A stretch of 64,000 bases of DNA from an uncultured Desulfarculus sp. Its GTDB lineage: Bacteria > Desulfobacterota > Desulfarculia > Desulfarculales > Desulfarculaceae. Within the stretch, counting starts at the first letter, position 1; every line of letters starts with the position of its first letter. The stretch lies in assembly GCA_963665125.2 (NCBI GenBank), contig CAXXUK010000002.1, positions 512,001 to 576,000 of the forward strand, in the 5' to 3' direction. Both the position numbers and the translations under genes were made by a program. Of the stretch, positions 29,069 through 38,636 are shown in pieces. The notes beneath the pieces are model-generated. The model had not been told where the DNA came from and did not search any database. It saw nothing but the letters and a program-made list of their open reading frames with translations.

Positions 29069-30085
29069 ATGATAATTCAACTCAAAGCCAGCGCAGGAAA
29101 ACCCGGCCTCGAAGAACTCGTGGCCCACCTGGAAAAAGACGGCGTACCCCGCGATCGCCTGGACATCTTCTCCGGCGATACCTATACCCTGGTGGGCGTT
29201 AAGGGTGACGCCAGCAAGTTGAATCTGGATAAGTATCAGGCCCTGAGCTTTGTCTATGAAGTCCACCGCATTTCCGACCCGTTCAAGGAACTCTCCAGGC
29301 AGTTCCATCCCGAAAACACCGTTATCGAGCTGATCAACGGCCACCGCGTCGGAGCGGAGCTGACCATCATGGCCGGTCCCTGCGCCGTGGAGAGCAAACA
29401 GCAGCTCTTCGAGACGGCCGAGATCATCGCCAAGGCCGGAGCGAACGTGCTGCGCGGCGGAGCGTTCAAACCCCGGACCATCCACCGCAGCTTCCAGGGC
29501 CTGGGCGAGGAAGGCCTGCAACTGCTGGCCGAGGCCAGGGATCAATACGGCCTGCCGGTGATCAGCGAGATCATGGACGCCCGTGACATCCCCCTGTTCG
29601 AAAAATACGAAATCGACATCTGGCAGGTGGGCGCGCGCAACTGCCTCAACTACACCCTGTTGGACGCCCTGAGCGAGGTGAAAAAACCCAAGCCGGTGCT
29701 TTTAAAGCGCGGCGACCACGTGGCCATGAACGAGTTCCTGGGCGCGGCCCTGCGGCTCTATGACGGCAACCCGCAGATCATCCTCTGCGAGCGCGGCGAC
29801 AAGACCGTGGACAAGATCTACCGCAACGTGCTCAACCTCAACAACGTGGCCTACCTCAAGCACAACTACCATTTGCCGGTCATCGTCGACCCCAGCCACG
29901 GAACCGGCGTGCGCGAGTTGGTGGGCGACCTGGGCCTGGCGGGCGTGGCCACCGGGGCCGACGGCTTGATGATCGAGGTGCACCACCAGCCGGACAAGGC
30001 TTTGTGCGACGGCGCCCAGAGCCTCAACGGCGAGTTCGCGGCCTTGGTGCCCCTGGTCAAGGGCATCTACGACCTGCGTAAATAA
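29069..30085 (+). CDS. aroF: DAHP synthase, type I-beta with N-terminal regulatory domain
   Basis: AGPCAVES, RGGAFKPRT, QVGARN, LLKRG, LCERG, DPSHGTG, IEVH, CDGAQSL. Confidence 0.93.
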   Translation: MIIQLKASAGKPGLEELVAHLEKDGVPRDRLDIFSGDTYTLVGVKGDASKLNLDKYQALSFVYEVHRISDPFKELSRQFHPENTVIELINGHRVGAELTIMAGPCAVESKQQLFETAEIIAKAGANVLRGGAFKPRTIHRSFQGLGEEGLQLLAEARDQYGLPVISEIMDARDIPLFEKYEIDIWQVGARNCLNYTLLDALSEVKKPKPVLLKRGDHVAMNEFLGAALRLYDGNPQIILCERGDKTVDKIYRNVLNLNNVAYLKHNYHLPVIVDPSHGTGVRELVGDLGLAGVATGADGLMIEVHHQPDKALCDGAQSLNGEFAALVPLVKGIYDLRK

Positions 30086-30099
30086 ACAAGCCTTTTCCT

Positions 30100-30140
30100 C
30101 CACCCGGCCCGCCGGGCGTCAATTCGCTGGGGCCGGGTGG
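30100..30140 (+). terminator. Hairpin downstream of aroF (possible terminator)
   Basis: CCACCCGGCCC ... GGGCCGGGTGG inverted repeat; weak U-tract. Confidence 0.4.
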
Positions 30141-30672
30141 GAATTTATCCCGCCTTCACAAGGATAATTGTCTGTCGGCATTGCAAAAAATAACAGCTTG
30201 TTTTGACTGACCAATCATCCATGATCGCCGCCAACCGCCTGATATTTACGGCTCACCGCGTTTGACTTGCTGAAAGTCGTTTGGTTAAATAGTCTGATTC
30301 AATGAGTTATGCCGGGCTGCATCGGCGTTGGTGCCCGTGCGGATTCGGCGGGGCCGGGCGAAACACGGTCACTGTTGATACAAACGCGGCAAACACCGTT
30401 TGATCTCGGCTGCCTATGAATTGACAGCACCGGCTTGGATCAAATCCAACACCATACAAGGATCAACCGGCTGAGTTGCCGGCGTACTTGAATGGCCGAT
30501 TGTTGAAAAAGCCCGGTCCGGACTTTTTACAACCGTTGGTTGGTAAATGCGTGGTTTTGCCAGCCAGCTCGGTTTGCTTGTTTTCACAAAACCGCGCGAA
30601 CCGGCGGATCAACCTTGGACCGCCTGCCAGGCTGTCGGAAAACAGTCTGCCGGAATTATGAAGGAGTCGCTG

Positions 30673-30939
30673 ATGAAGTATTGGCGTCAGCCTCTGGACA
30701 CCCAGGACATCAAGGTGGCCAAAGGCAGGGTCACGGTCATCGATGAGCGTTGCAAGGGCTGCGAGTTCTGCATTTCCTACTGCTCCCGCGGCGCCCTGGC
30801 CATGAGCAAGAAATTCAACCGCAAAGGCTACCACTATCCCGAGGTCATAGACCCCGAGTTGTGTGTGAACTGTCATTTTTGCGAAGTTATCTGCCCCGAA
30901 TTCGCCATATTTACCAGCGAGATGGGCGAGACGGCCTAG
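30673..30939 (+). CDS. korD: 2-oxoacid:ferredoxin oxidoreductase delta subunit (2x[4Fe-4S])
   Basis: CKGCEFCISYC and CVNCHFCEVICPEFAI; ATG follows AAGGAG. Confidence 0.85.
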   Translation: MKYWRQPLDTQDIKVAKGRVTVIDERCKGCEFCISYCSRGALAMSKKFNRKGYHYPEVIDPELCVNCHFCEVICPEFAIFTSEMGETA

Positions 30940-30989
30940 GCGGATCGGCAAATGGCGGGGGCATGCCCCGCTGGATACGGAGTAAGGAC

Positions 30990-32150
30990 GTGGCGGGTAA
31001 AGCGGTACTGACCGGAACCCATTTCATGAACGGCGACGAGGCCTGCAGCGAAGGGGCCCTGGCGGCCGGCTGCCGGTTTTTCGCGGGCTATCCCATCACC
31101 CCGGCCACCGAGGTGGCCGAGTGCATGAGCAGGCGTCTGCCCCAGGTCGACGGCATTTATATACAGATGGAAGACGAAATCGCCTCCATGGCGGCGATCC
31201 TGGGCGCCAGCTGGGGCGGGGCCAAGGCCATGACCAGCACCTCGGGCCCCGGCTTTTCGCTGATGATGGAAAACATCGGCCTGGGCCTGTGCACCGAGAC
31301 GCCCTGCGTAATCTGCAACGTGCAGCGGGCGGGACCAAGCACCGGCCTGCCCACCCTGGTGGGCCAGGGCGACATGATGCAGGCCCGCTGGGGCTCCCAC
31401 GGACCGTATGAGATCATCGCCCTGGCGCCGTCATCGCCCCAGGAGATGTTCGACTTCACCATCAAGGCCTTCAACCTGGCCGAGCAGTTCCGGCTGCCGG
31501 TGTTGATCATGGCCGATGAGGTGGTGGGCCACATGAACGAGCGGGTGGTCATCCCCGAGGAGGGCCAGATCCAGACCATGGAACGGCCCAAACCCACCGA
31601 TTCGTTCGAAACGCATTTGCCCTTCAAGCCCGGCCCGGACGGCGTGGCTCCCATGGCCACCTGGGGCGACGGTTACAAGGTGCACGTCACCGGCCTGACC
31701 CACGATGAGCGGGGCTACCCGGTTATGGACCCCTCGGCCCAGATCCAGATGATCGAGCGCATCACCGCCAAGGTCAGAAACAACCTGGACCGCATCCTGG
31801 ATTACGAGACCATGTGGCTCGACGACGCCGAGATCGTAGTGGTGGCCTACGGTATCAGCGCCCGCAGCGCCCACGGCGCGGTGGCCAAGGCCCGTAACGA
31901 TGGCCTGAAGGTGGGCATGGTCAAGCTAAACGTGGTCTGGCCCTTCCCCGAGGAGTTCATCCGCGATCTGGCCACCAAGGTGAAAGCCTTGGTCATGCCC
32001 GAGATCAACATGGGCCAGGTGGTCCTTGAGATCGAACGCCTGGCCAAGGGCAACTGCCTGGTGCGCCTGGTGCCCCATCCGGGCGGCGCCATCATCACGC
32101 CGGGCCGCATCCGCAGCGAAATCGAGGCCCTTTTGGAGGAAACCAAATGA
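30990..32150 (+). CDS. korA: 2-oxoacid:ferredoxin oxidoreductase alpha subunit
   Basis: FAGYPITPA, QMEDE, TSGPGFSLM, QRAGPSTGLPT; GTG 30990 after AAGGA assumed as start. Confidence 0.9.
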   Translation: MAGKAVLTGTHFMNGDEACSEGALAAGCRFFAGYPITPATEVAECMSRRLPQVDGIYIQMEDEIASMAAILGASWGGAKAMTSTSGPGFSLMMENIGLGLCTETPCVICNVQRAGPSTGLPTLVGQGDMMQARWGSHGPYEIIALAPSSPQEMFDFTIKAFNLAEQFRLPVLIMADEVVGHMNERVVIPEEGQIQTMERPKPTDSFETHLPFKPGPDGVAPMATWGDGYKVHVTGLTHDERGYPVMDPSAQIQMIERITAKVRNNLDRILDYETMWLDDAEIVVVAYGISARSAHGAVAKARNDGLKVGMVKLNVVWPFPEEFIRDLATKVKALVMPEINMGQVVLEIERLAKGNCLVRLVPHPGGAIITPGRIRSEIEALLEETK

Positions 32151-33037
32151 GCGCCAAAGCACAGGCGGCAATGATTCCGGATCATCCCCAGGACGACCTT
32201 ATCCGCACCGAGCGCATCCCCCATATCTGGTGCTCGGGCTGCGGTATCGGCATCGTCTTCGGCTCGCTGATGGCCGCCATCAATAAATCGGGCATTGCCC
32301 ACGACGACATCGCCATGGTTTCGGGCATCGGCTGCACGGGCCGCATGGCCGGCTACATCAAGCTGGATTCGTTCCACACCACCCACGGCCGGGCCATACC
32401 CTTCGCCACGGGCCTGAAGCTATCGCGCCCGGAGGGCAAGGTCATCGTGGCCTCGGGCGACGGCGACCTGCTGGCCATCGGCGGCAACCACTTCATCCAC
32501 GCCGCCCGGCGCAACATGGACCTCACCGTGGTATGCGTCAACAACTTCAACTACGGCATGACCGGCGGCCAGGCCGCCCCGTCCACACCCCACGGGGCCA
32601 AGACCACCACATCGGTGATGGGCAACCCGGATGAGCCGTTCAACTTCTGCGCCCTGGCCGCGGCCTGCGGCGCCACATACGTGGCCCGCTGGACGGCCCT
32701 GCACATCCGACGCCTGACCCAAACCCTCAGCGAGGCCGTGCAGAAAAAGGGCTTCAGCTTCGTGGAGGTCATCGCCCCGTGCCCCACGGCATTCGGGCGG
32801 CGCAACAAGATCCGCAAGCCCCTGGACCTGCTCAAACTCTTTTACGAGCGCTCGGTGGTCAAAAACCACATCGCCCCGGGCGAGGCGCCGGTGGATTTCC
32901 ACGGCGACGTGGTTGTGGGCAAGTTCCTGGATATCCAGCGGCCCGTTTGGCTGGAGAATTACGAGGAGATGAAACGCGGCGAGATCGAACAGTGGGACAG
33001 CATGTCCGGGCAGGCCGCAAAGCGCAAGGCGGGATGA
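32147..33037 (+). CDS. korB: 2-oxoacid:ferredoxin oxidoreductase beta subunit (TPP-binding)
   Basis: WCSGCG, SGIGC, HTTHGR, GDGD...NN TPP motif; ATGA overlap with the alpha subunit. Confidence 0.92.
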   Translation: MSAKAQAAMIPDHPQDDLIRTERIPHIWCSGCGIGIVFGSLMAAINKSGIAHDDIAMVSGIGCTGRMAGYIKLDSFHTTHGRAIPFATGLKLSRPEGKVIVASGDGDLLAIGGNHFIHAARRNMDLTVVCVNNFNYGMTGGQAAPSTPHGAKTTTSVMGNPDEPFNFCALAAACGATYVARWTALHIRRLTQTLSEAVQKKGFSFVEVIAPCPTAFGRRNKIRKPLDLLKLFYERSVVKNHIAPGEAPVDFHGDVVVGKFLDIQRPVWLENYEEMKRGEIEQWDSMSGQAAKRKAG

Positions 33038-33041
33038 CGAT

Positions 33042-33620
33042 ATGAGCGATAACGTGCAAAAGGAAGTCATCATCACCGGTTTCGGCGGCCAGGGCATCAT
33101 TCTCACGGGCAACATCCTGGGCAAGGCCGCCACCATCGGCGACGGCAGACACGCCACCATGACCCAGTCCTACGGCCCCGAGGCCAGGGGCGGCTCCTGC
33201 TCTAGCCAGGTCATCGTCTCCGAAGAGCAGATACCGTTCCCCTATGCCGAGAACCCCCAGCTCATCATCTGCATGAGCCAGGAGGGCTACATCAAAAACC
33301 ACGGCCTGCTGATCCAGGGCGGGACCCTGTTGTGGGACACCGACCTGGTGGAGACCGTGGAACACGATCCGAGCTGGAAGGCCTATCACATCCCGGCAAC
33401 CCGTTTCGCCGAGGAACTGGGCAACAAGATGATGGCCAACATCGTCATGCTGGGATTCGTCTCGGCGGTCAGCGATATCGTGGAGGTCGAATCCCTGCGC
33501 GAGGCCATGCTGGGTTCGGTGCCGCCCCAGACCAGGGACAAGAACAACCAGGCCTTTGAACGGGGCCGGGAGTACGGCCAGGCCATCCTCAAGAGCCGGG
33601 CCAAGCAGGAGCAGCCGTGA
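33042..33620 (+). CDS. korC: 2-oxoacid:ferredoxin oxidoreductase gamma subunit
   Basis: GFGGQG, QSYGPEARGG, NIVMLG. Confidence 0.9.
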   Translation: MSDNVQKEVIITGFGGQGIILTGNILGKAATIGDGRHATMTQSYGPEARGGSCSSQVIVSEEQIPFPYAENPQLIICMSQEGYIKNHGLLIQGGTLLWDTDLVETVEHDPSWKAYHIPATRFAEELGNKMMANIVMLGFVSAVSDIVEVESLREAMLGSVPPQTRDKNNQAFERGREYGQAILKSRAKQEQP

Positions 33621-36600
33621 GTTCGCCCGCCAAAAAAGACGCCGCCAAGGCGGTGCTGGTGGTGGGTTCGGGCTATGGCGCGCTCAAGGCCGCCGAAGAC
33701 CTGGCCCATGCCGGCATACCGGTGGTTTGGGCCGCCCGGGGCAAGCATTTTCTGGAGTTGCCCGAAGGCGTGGAGCCCTTTGAACAGTGGCCCGGGGACC
33801 TCAACTTCCAGTTCCGGCCCCTGTATCTGCGGGTCACCCGGCATCCACTGGTGACGCCGCTGACCCAGGCCAGGGTGGAGGCCGTGGAGCAGAACGGCTC
33901 GGGCTATAAGGCAGTGGTCAAACAAGACCCGGTGTATGTGGACTATGACCTATGCACCGGTTGCAGCCGCTGTCTGGAGGTCTGCCCGCTGACCGGCGGC
34001 GACCATCCGCCCCTGAGCCGCAGTCCGGCCTTTTGCCCCAGCCGGGCCCTGATCATGGACAAACGGCCAACCAGCCCCTGCCGCCAAGCCTGCCCCCTGG
34101 GCGTCAACGCCCAGGCCTACCTGGCCATGACCGCGGCCGGGCGCTATGAAGAGGCCCTGGCCATCATCCGGAGGGACAATCCCTTGCCCGGCGTGTGCGG
34201 CTATATTTGCAGCCATCCCTGCGAAGACGCCTGCCGCAGGGCCGAGCTTGACCAGCCCCTGGCCATCCGCGACATCAAACGCTTTTTATATGACCACGAG
34301 GCCGATAGCGCTCCGGCAGCCCTGCCCGAGCCAACGGTAAAGTCCAACGGCCGCAAGGTCGCCGTTGTCGGTTCCGGCCCTGCGGGCCTCAGCGCGGCCC
34401 ACTTCCTGAACCAGCGCGGCTTCGGCGTGACCATCTTCGAGGCCATGGAACAGGCCGGGGGCATGCTCCGCCGGGGCATCAACGCCTTCCGTCTGCCGCG
34501 AAAGGTCATTGACGCCGAGATCCGGGCCCTTGCCGAAAGCGGCGTGCAGCTCAAGACCGGCGTGTCAATTACAGACACCAACACCCTATTGGATCAAGGC
34601 TTTGATGCCATATTGCTGGCCACGGGAACCCACCAGGACCTACGCCTGAATATCCCCGGCGAAGACCTGGACGGCGTTCGCCACTGCCTGGACTTCCTGT
34701 CCCAGGTCAACCTTGAGGGCTCCGGCGCGGTGGGCCCGCGCACGGTGGTCATCGGCGGCGGCAACTCGGCCATGGACGCGGCCCGCACGGCCCTACGCCT
34801 GGGCGCCACGGAAGTCACCGTGGTGGCCATTGAAACCGAGGATACGCTGCCGGCGGCCCTGCAGGAAATCCGCGAGGCCAAGGAAGAGGGCGTTGCTTTC
34901 CGGTTGGGCCTGGCTCCGGTGGAGATCGGCGGCCGGGGTAATGTTGCCGAACTGCGGGTCCGGGCGGCCCACTGGCAGTTTGATCCGGGCCAACCGGCCC
35001 GCATTGAATACGATTCCGACGAAATACAGGCCATTGAGGCCGACACCATAATCGTGGCCATCAGCCAGCGGCCCGACCTGGACCAGTGCGGCCTGAGTTC
35101 CTGCGTGGAGCAGGGGCCGGGCGGCAAACTAGCCGTGGACGAGGCCAAACGCACCAGCGATCCCAGGGTTTACGGCGCGGGCGACGTGGTCACCGGGCCC
35201 TCCACCGTGGTTCAGGCCATGGCCGGAGGCCGGGCCGCGGCGGCCAGCATCGCCGCCGATCTTACCGGCGACGCCGAGCCCTGGCCTTTGCCGAATGCTG
35301 AACACGGCGTGGGCGAGCATCTGCCCATCTCCGAAGACCTGCCCCAACAGCAGCGCCTGCCCATGGCCCAGCGCCAGGCCAAGGCCCGGCGGCGGGACTT
35401 CGAAATGGTGGATCTCGGCTATACGGTGTCCCAGGCCCAGGCCGAGGCCTCCCGCTGTCTGCAATGCGGTTCGTGTTGCGAATGCCTGGCCTGCGAGACG
35501 GCCTGCGCCGATGTGGGGGCCATTGACCACGCCCGTCAGGGCAAACGGATTAATGTCGAGGCCCCGGCCATAATCTGGGCCGAGGGCCGGGACGTGCCCT
35601 GGACCGGTCAGCCCGACGGCCACAAGGTTTTCCGGGTGGATCCGGCTGATTATTCGGCCGACCTGATGGATATCCTGATGACCGGCAGCGCCGCCGCGGG
35701 CCTGGCCATGGCCGACGCGGCCAAGCTGCGGGTGGCGGCCCGGCTCAAAAAGAAACATGCCCCGATGATGGACGATGGTCCCATGCGCTTGGGCTTTTTC
35801 GTCTGCGCCTGCAACGGCACCATGGCCCCGGCCGAAACCCTGGACCAGATTCAGGCCATGGCCGCCTCGGTGCCGGGCATTGTCCATTCGGGCCAGGTCT
35901 TCAGCCTGTGCAACCCCCGGGGGGCCGACCAAATAGCCGCCGCCGTGGCCGAGCACAAACTCAACCGGGTGATCATGGCTTCGTGCGTGTGCTGCCCCCT
36001 GGAGTTCCAGTGCATAAGCTGCAACGACCAGCGAACCAGGGCCAGGCTGCACCTGTTTGAGCGCCTGGGCCTGGACCGCAGCCGTTTCGAGATGATCAAC
36101 CTGCGCGATCACCTGGAGGCCCAGAACTATACGCCGGATGAAATCATCAGCCGGGCCCGCCATCTGCTGCGCGCGGCCTTTATCCGCAGCCAATACCTTG
36201 GTCCTCTGCGCCAGGGCGTCACGGAAATGGGCAAGCGGGTGCTGATCTTGGGCGGCTCCACTGTGGGCCTCAGCGCGGCCCGCAACCTGGCCCTGCAAGG
36301 CCTCAGCGTGCGGCTGGTGCACAAGGCCACCCTGCCGGGCAGGCCCGTGCCGCTATCGGTGGCCGACCGGGCAATCGAACCCCTGGACGGCAATATCGCC
36401 ACGGTGGACCAGGCCGAAATCCTGGGCATCAGCGGCTGTATGGGCGACTTCAGCATCAAGGCCAAGGTGGACGGCAAGGCCCGCACCTGGAAGGCCGATG
36501 TAGTCTGCCTGACCGATGAAAGCGTCTTGCCCCTGTCTCTGTATGCCGGTGAAACAGGCCTGAAGAAGTTCTACCGCTATGATTTCGCCTTCTTCAATTC

Positions 36601-36973
36601 ACCCCAGACGGGAATTTACCGGGTTATGCCGGTGACGTTGCGCCGTATCGGCGCCGACCGGGCCGGAGCGGCCCTGGCCGGGGAAGTGGCCACCACGGCG
36701 GCCAGGGCCTATCTGCAGGACCACCAACTCAGCCCGGTGGTGGACCCGGACCGCTGCCGGGGCTGCGGCAACTGCGTGGAGATCTGCCCCTTTGAGGCGG
36801 TGAGCCTGCGGGAAAACGAAGACGGCAGCTATACATCGGAGGTCCACCGCCACAACTGCGTGGGTTGCGGCGGCTGTGTCGGGCGCTGCCCGGTGACGGC
36901 CATGGACATACCGTATTTTTCCAACCGCCTGCTCAAGGAGATCCTGAGCAACCGGCTCAGTAAAGAGGCCTGA
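33617..36973 (+). CDS. Large HdrA-like flavo-Fe-S protein with inserted GltD/NfnB-type NAD(P)H-binding module (HdrL-like)
   Basis: HdrA-like N-terminus, PCRQACP/CGYICSHPCE clusters, GSGPAG and GGGNSAMD dinucleotide motifs, an HdrA-like CACNG..ASC segment and a C-terminal 2x[4Fe-4S]; GTGA overlap with korC. Confidence 0.8.
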   Translation: MSSPAKKDAAKAVLVVGSGYGALKAAEDLAHAGIPVVWAARGKHFLELPEGVEPFEQWPGDLNFQFRPLYLRVTRHPLVTPLTQARVEAVEQNGSGYKAVVKQDPVYVDYDLCTGCSRCLEVCPLTGGDHPPLSRSPAFCPSRALIMDKRPTSPCRQACPLGVNAQAYLAMTAAGRYEEALAIIRRDNPLPGVCGYICSHPCEDACRRAELDQPLAIRDIKRFLYDHEADSAPAALPEPTVKSNGRKVAVVGSGPAGLSAAHFLNQRGFGVTIFEAMEQAGGMLRRGINAFRLPRKVIDAEIRALAESGVQLKTGVSITDTNTLLDQGFDAILLATGTHQDLRLNIPGEDLDGVRHCLDFLSQVNLEGSGAVGPRTVVIGGGNSAMDAARTALRLGATEVTVVAIETEDTLPAALQEIREAKEEGVAFRLGLAPVEIGGRGNVAELRVRAAHWQFDPGQPARIEYDSDEIQAIEADTIIVAISQRPDLDQCGLSSCVEQGPGGKLAVDEAKRTSDPRVYGAGDVVTGPSTVVQAMAGGRAAAASIAADLTGDAEPWPLPNAEHGVGEHLPISEDLPQQQRLPMAQRQAKARRRDFEMVDLGYTVSQAQAEASRCLQCGSCCECLACETACADVGAIDHARQGKRINVEAPAIIWAEGRDVPWTGQPDGHKVFRVDPADYSADLMDILMTGSAAAGLAMADAAKLRVAARLKKKHAPMMDDGPMRLGFFVCACNGTMAPAETLDQIQAMAASVPGIVHSGQVFSLCNPRGADQIAAAVAEHKLNRVIMASCVCCPLEFQCISCNDQRTRARLHLFERLGLDRSRFEMINLRDHLEAQNYTPDEIISRARHLLRAAFIRSQYLGPLRQGVTEMGKRVLILGGSTVGLSAARNLALQGLSVRLVHKATLPGRPVPLSVADRAIEPLDGNIATVDQAEILGISGCMGDFSIKAKVDGKARTWKADVVCLTDESVLPLSLYAGETGLKKFYRYDFAFFNSPQTGIYRVMPVTLRRIGADRAGAALAGEVATTAARAYLQDHQLSPVVDPDRCRGCGNCVEICPFEAVSLRENEDGSYTSEVHRHNCVGCGGCVGRCPVTAMDIPYFSNRLLKEILSNRLSKEA

Positions 36974-36974
36974 G

Positions 36975-37400
36975 ATGTCACAGGTGAATATATTGGGCAT
37001 AGCCTGCAACTGGAGCCCCTATTGCTGCTATAACGCCGCCGGACAGGCGGGCATGAAACTGCCGCCCAACTTCAGTCTGATGCGGGTGATGTGCATCGGC
37101 CGCATCAATCAAGCCCTGATCCTGCGGGCCTTTGAATACGGGGCCGACGGCGTGATCCTGCTGGAGTGCGAAGACTCGGACTGCCGCTACGGGCCCGGCC
37201 CGGAGGTGGGCCACACCAACGTGCAAAGGGTGCGTAAGCTGTTGCATTTTCTGGGTATCGGCCAGGAGCGCCTGGTGGAGAAAACCTTCCAGGCTGATCA
37301 AAAGGAGGAACTGGTCCAGACCCTTTGGGATTTTGCCGAGAAGATCGAGGCCATGGGGCCCAACCCGGCCAAACCCCATCAGGAGGCCGTAGCATCGTGA
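36975..37400 (+). CDS. mvhD: MvhD-type [2Fe-2S] subunit
   Basis: ACNW..RVMCIGRI..GADGV..C...DCRY pattern. Confidence 0.85.
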   Translation: MSQVNILGIACNWSPYCCYNAAGQAGMKLPPNFSLMRVMCIGRINQALILRAFEYGADGVILLECEDSDCRYGPGPEVGHTNVQRVRKLLHFLGIGQERLVEKTFQADQKEELVQTLWDFAEKIEAMGPNPAKPHQEAVAS

Positions 37401-38584
37401 AGCTCGACAGCCCGGAAATCAAAAAGATCGTCAAGGACCGCTCCCTGTACATGTGCCTGGAATGCGGCAAGTGCAGTTCGTCGTGCCCCCGCTTTGTCTC
37501 AGGCAAGGAGTATTCGCCCCGGCTGTTGGCCCACAAGCTCATCTCCGAGCCCGAGGACTCGCTCTACATCCAAAACTCGGTGTGGGAATGTCTGACCTGC
37601 GGCCTGTGCGAGGAACGCTGCCCCTCTGGTGTGGAGTTCGTGCGCTTCATCCTGGATATGCGCGGCATTCTGGCCGATCATATGGGCCTGATGGGCTACC
37701 GGGCCCACGACGGGGCCCTGCATTCCTGGATGCGCCTGATGACCGCGCCGGACCTGGAGCAAAACCGCCTGGAGTGGGTGGAGCCTGAACTCAAGACGGC
37801 CAAGGACGGCAAGATCGCCTTTTTCAGCGGCTGCGCGCCGTACTTTGACGTGTTTTTCAGTCGGAACCACGTCGACACTGTGAGCATGGCCCAAGACAGC
37901 GTGCGTCTCCTGAATTTTCTGGACATCGAACCGGTGCTCCTGGAAAACGAGCGCTGCTGCGGCCATGATCTGTTGTGGAGCGGCGACCACAAAAACTTCG
38001 AGGATCTGTGCCGTCTGAACTACCAGCAGTTCAAGGACCACGGCGTTGAGGAAGTCGTCACCCATTGCCCGGAGTGCTTCCAGGCCCTCGGCGTGTTCAT
38101 GCCCGAGGTCATCAAGGGGTTCGACCTCAAGGTGACGTATTTATTGGACCTGGTGGAGCGCGAGGTGCAAAAGGGCGGGGTGTCGTTCAAGCCCCTGGAT
38201 CGCAAGGTGACCTACCAGGACCCCTGCCGCCTGGGCCGCATGGCTGGGCGCTACGAGGGGCCCCGCAACCTGCTGAAGATGATCCCCGGCCTGGAACTGG
38301 CCGAGATGGAAAGCAACCGCCACAGCGCCATGTGCTGCGGCAACAACTCGTTCATCAACTGCGACGCCTATTCCAAGCGCATCCAGGTGGAGCGACTGAA
38401 ACAGGCTCGGGATACCGGGGCCAAGACCCTGGTCACGGCCTGCCCCAAGTGCCAGATTCATACCACCTGCGCCATGCGCGACCCGGTGAAGGGCCCCAGC
38501 CTGGCCATGGAGCTTCGGGGGGTGGTCAATATCCTGGCCGAACAAATCGAGTGGGCCCAGGATGAAAAACCCCGCCGCGACTAA
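37397..38584 (+). CDS. HdrD-like Fe-S/CCG-domain oxidoreductase
   Basis: CLECGKCSSSCP and CLTCGLCEERCP, two CCG domains (ERCCG, YQDPC..MCCG..TACPKC); GTGA overlap with mvhD. Confidence 0.85.
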   Translation: MKLDSPEIKKIVKDRSLYMCLECGKCSSSCPRFVSGKEYSPRLLAHKLISEPEDSLYIQNSVWECLTCGLCEERCPSGVEFVRFILDMRGILADHMGLMGYRAHDGALHSWMRLMTAPDLEQNRLEWVEPELKTAKDGKIAFFSGCAPYFDVFFSRNHVDTVSMAQDSVRLLNFLDIEPVLLENERCCGHDLLWSGDHKNFEDLCRLNYQQFKDHGVEEVVTHCPECFQALGVFMPEVIKGFDLKVTYLLDLVEREVQKGGVSFKPLDRKVTYQDPCRLGRMAGRYEGPRNLLKMIPGLELAEMESNRHSAMCCGNNSFINCDAYSKRIQVERLKQARDTGAKTLVTACPKCQIHTTCAMRDPVKGPSLAMELRGVVNILAEQIEWAQDEKPRRD

Positions 38585-38636
38585 TGCCTTGGGGTATAAA
38601 GGACTATACGGTTTTCAGCCGAGAGGATATTGGTAA

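Noticed and set aside
30380..30420. GGCAAAC motif as a c-di-GMP-I riboswitch
   Set aside because: The GNRA-capped first stem and the downstream GCAAAGC/second stem are not present.
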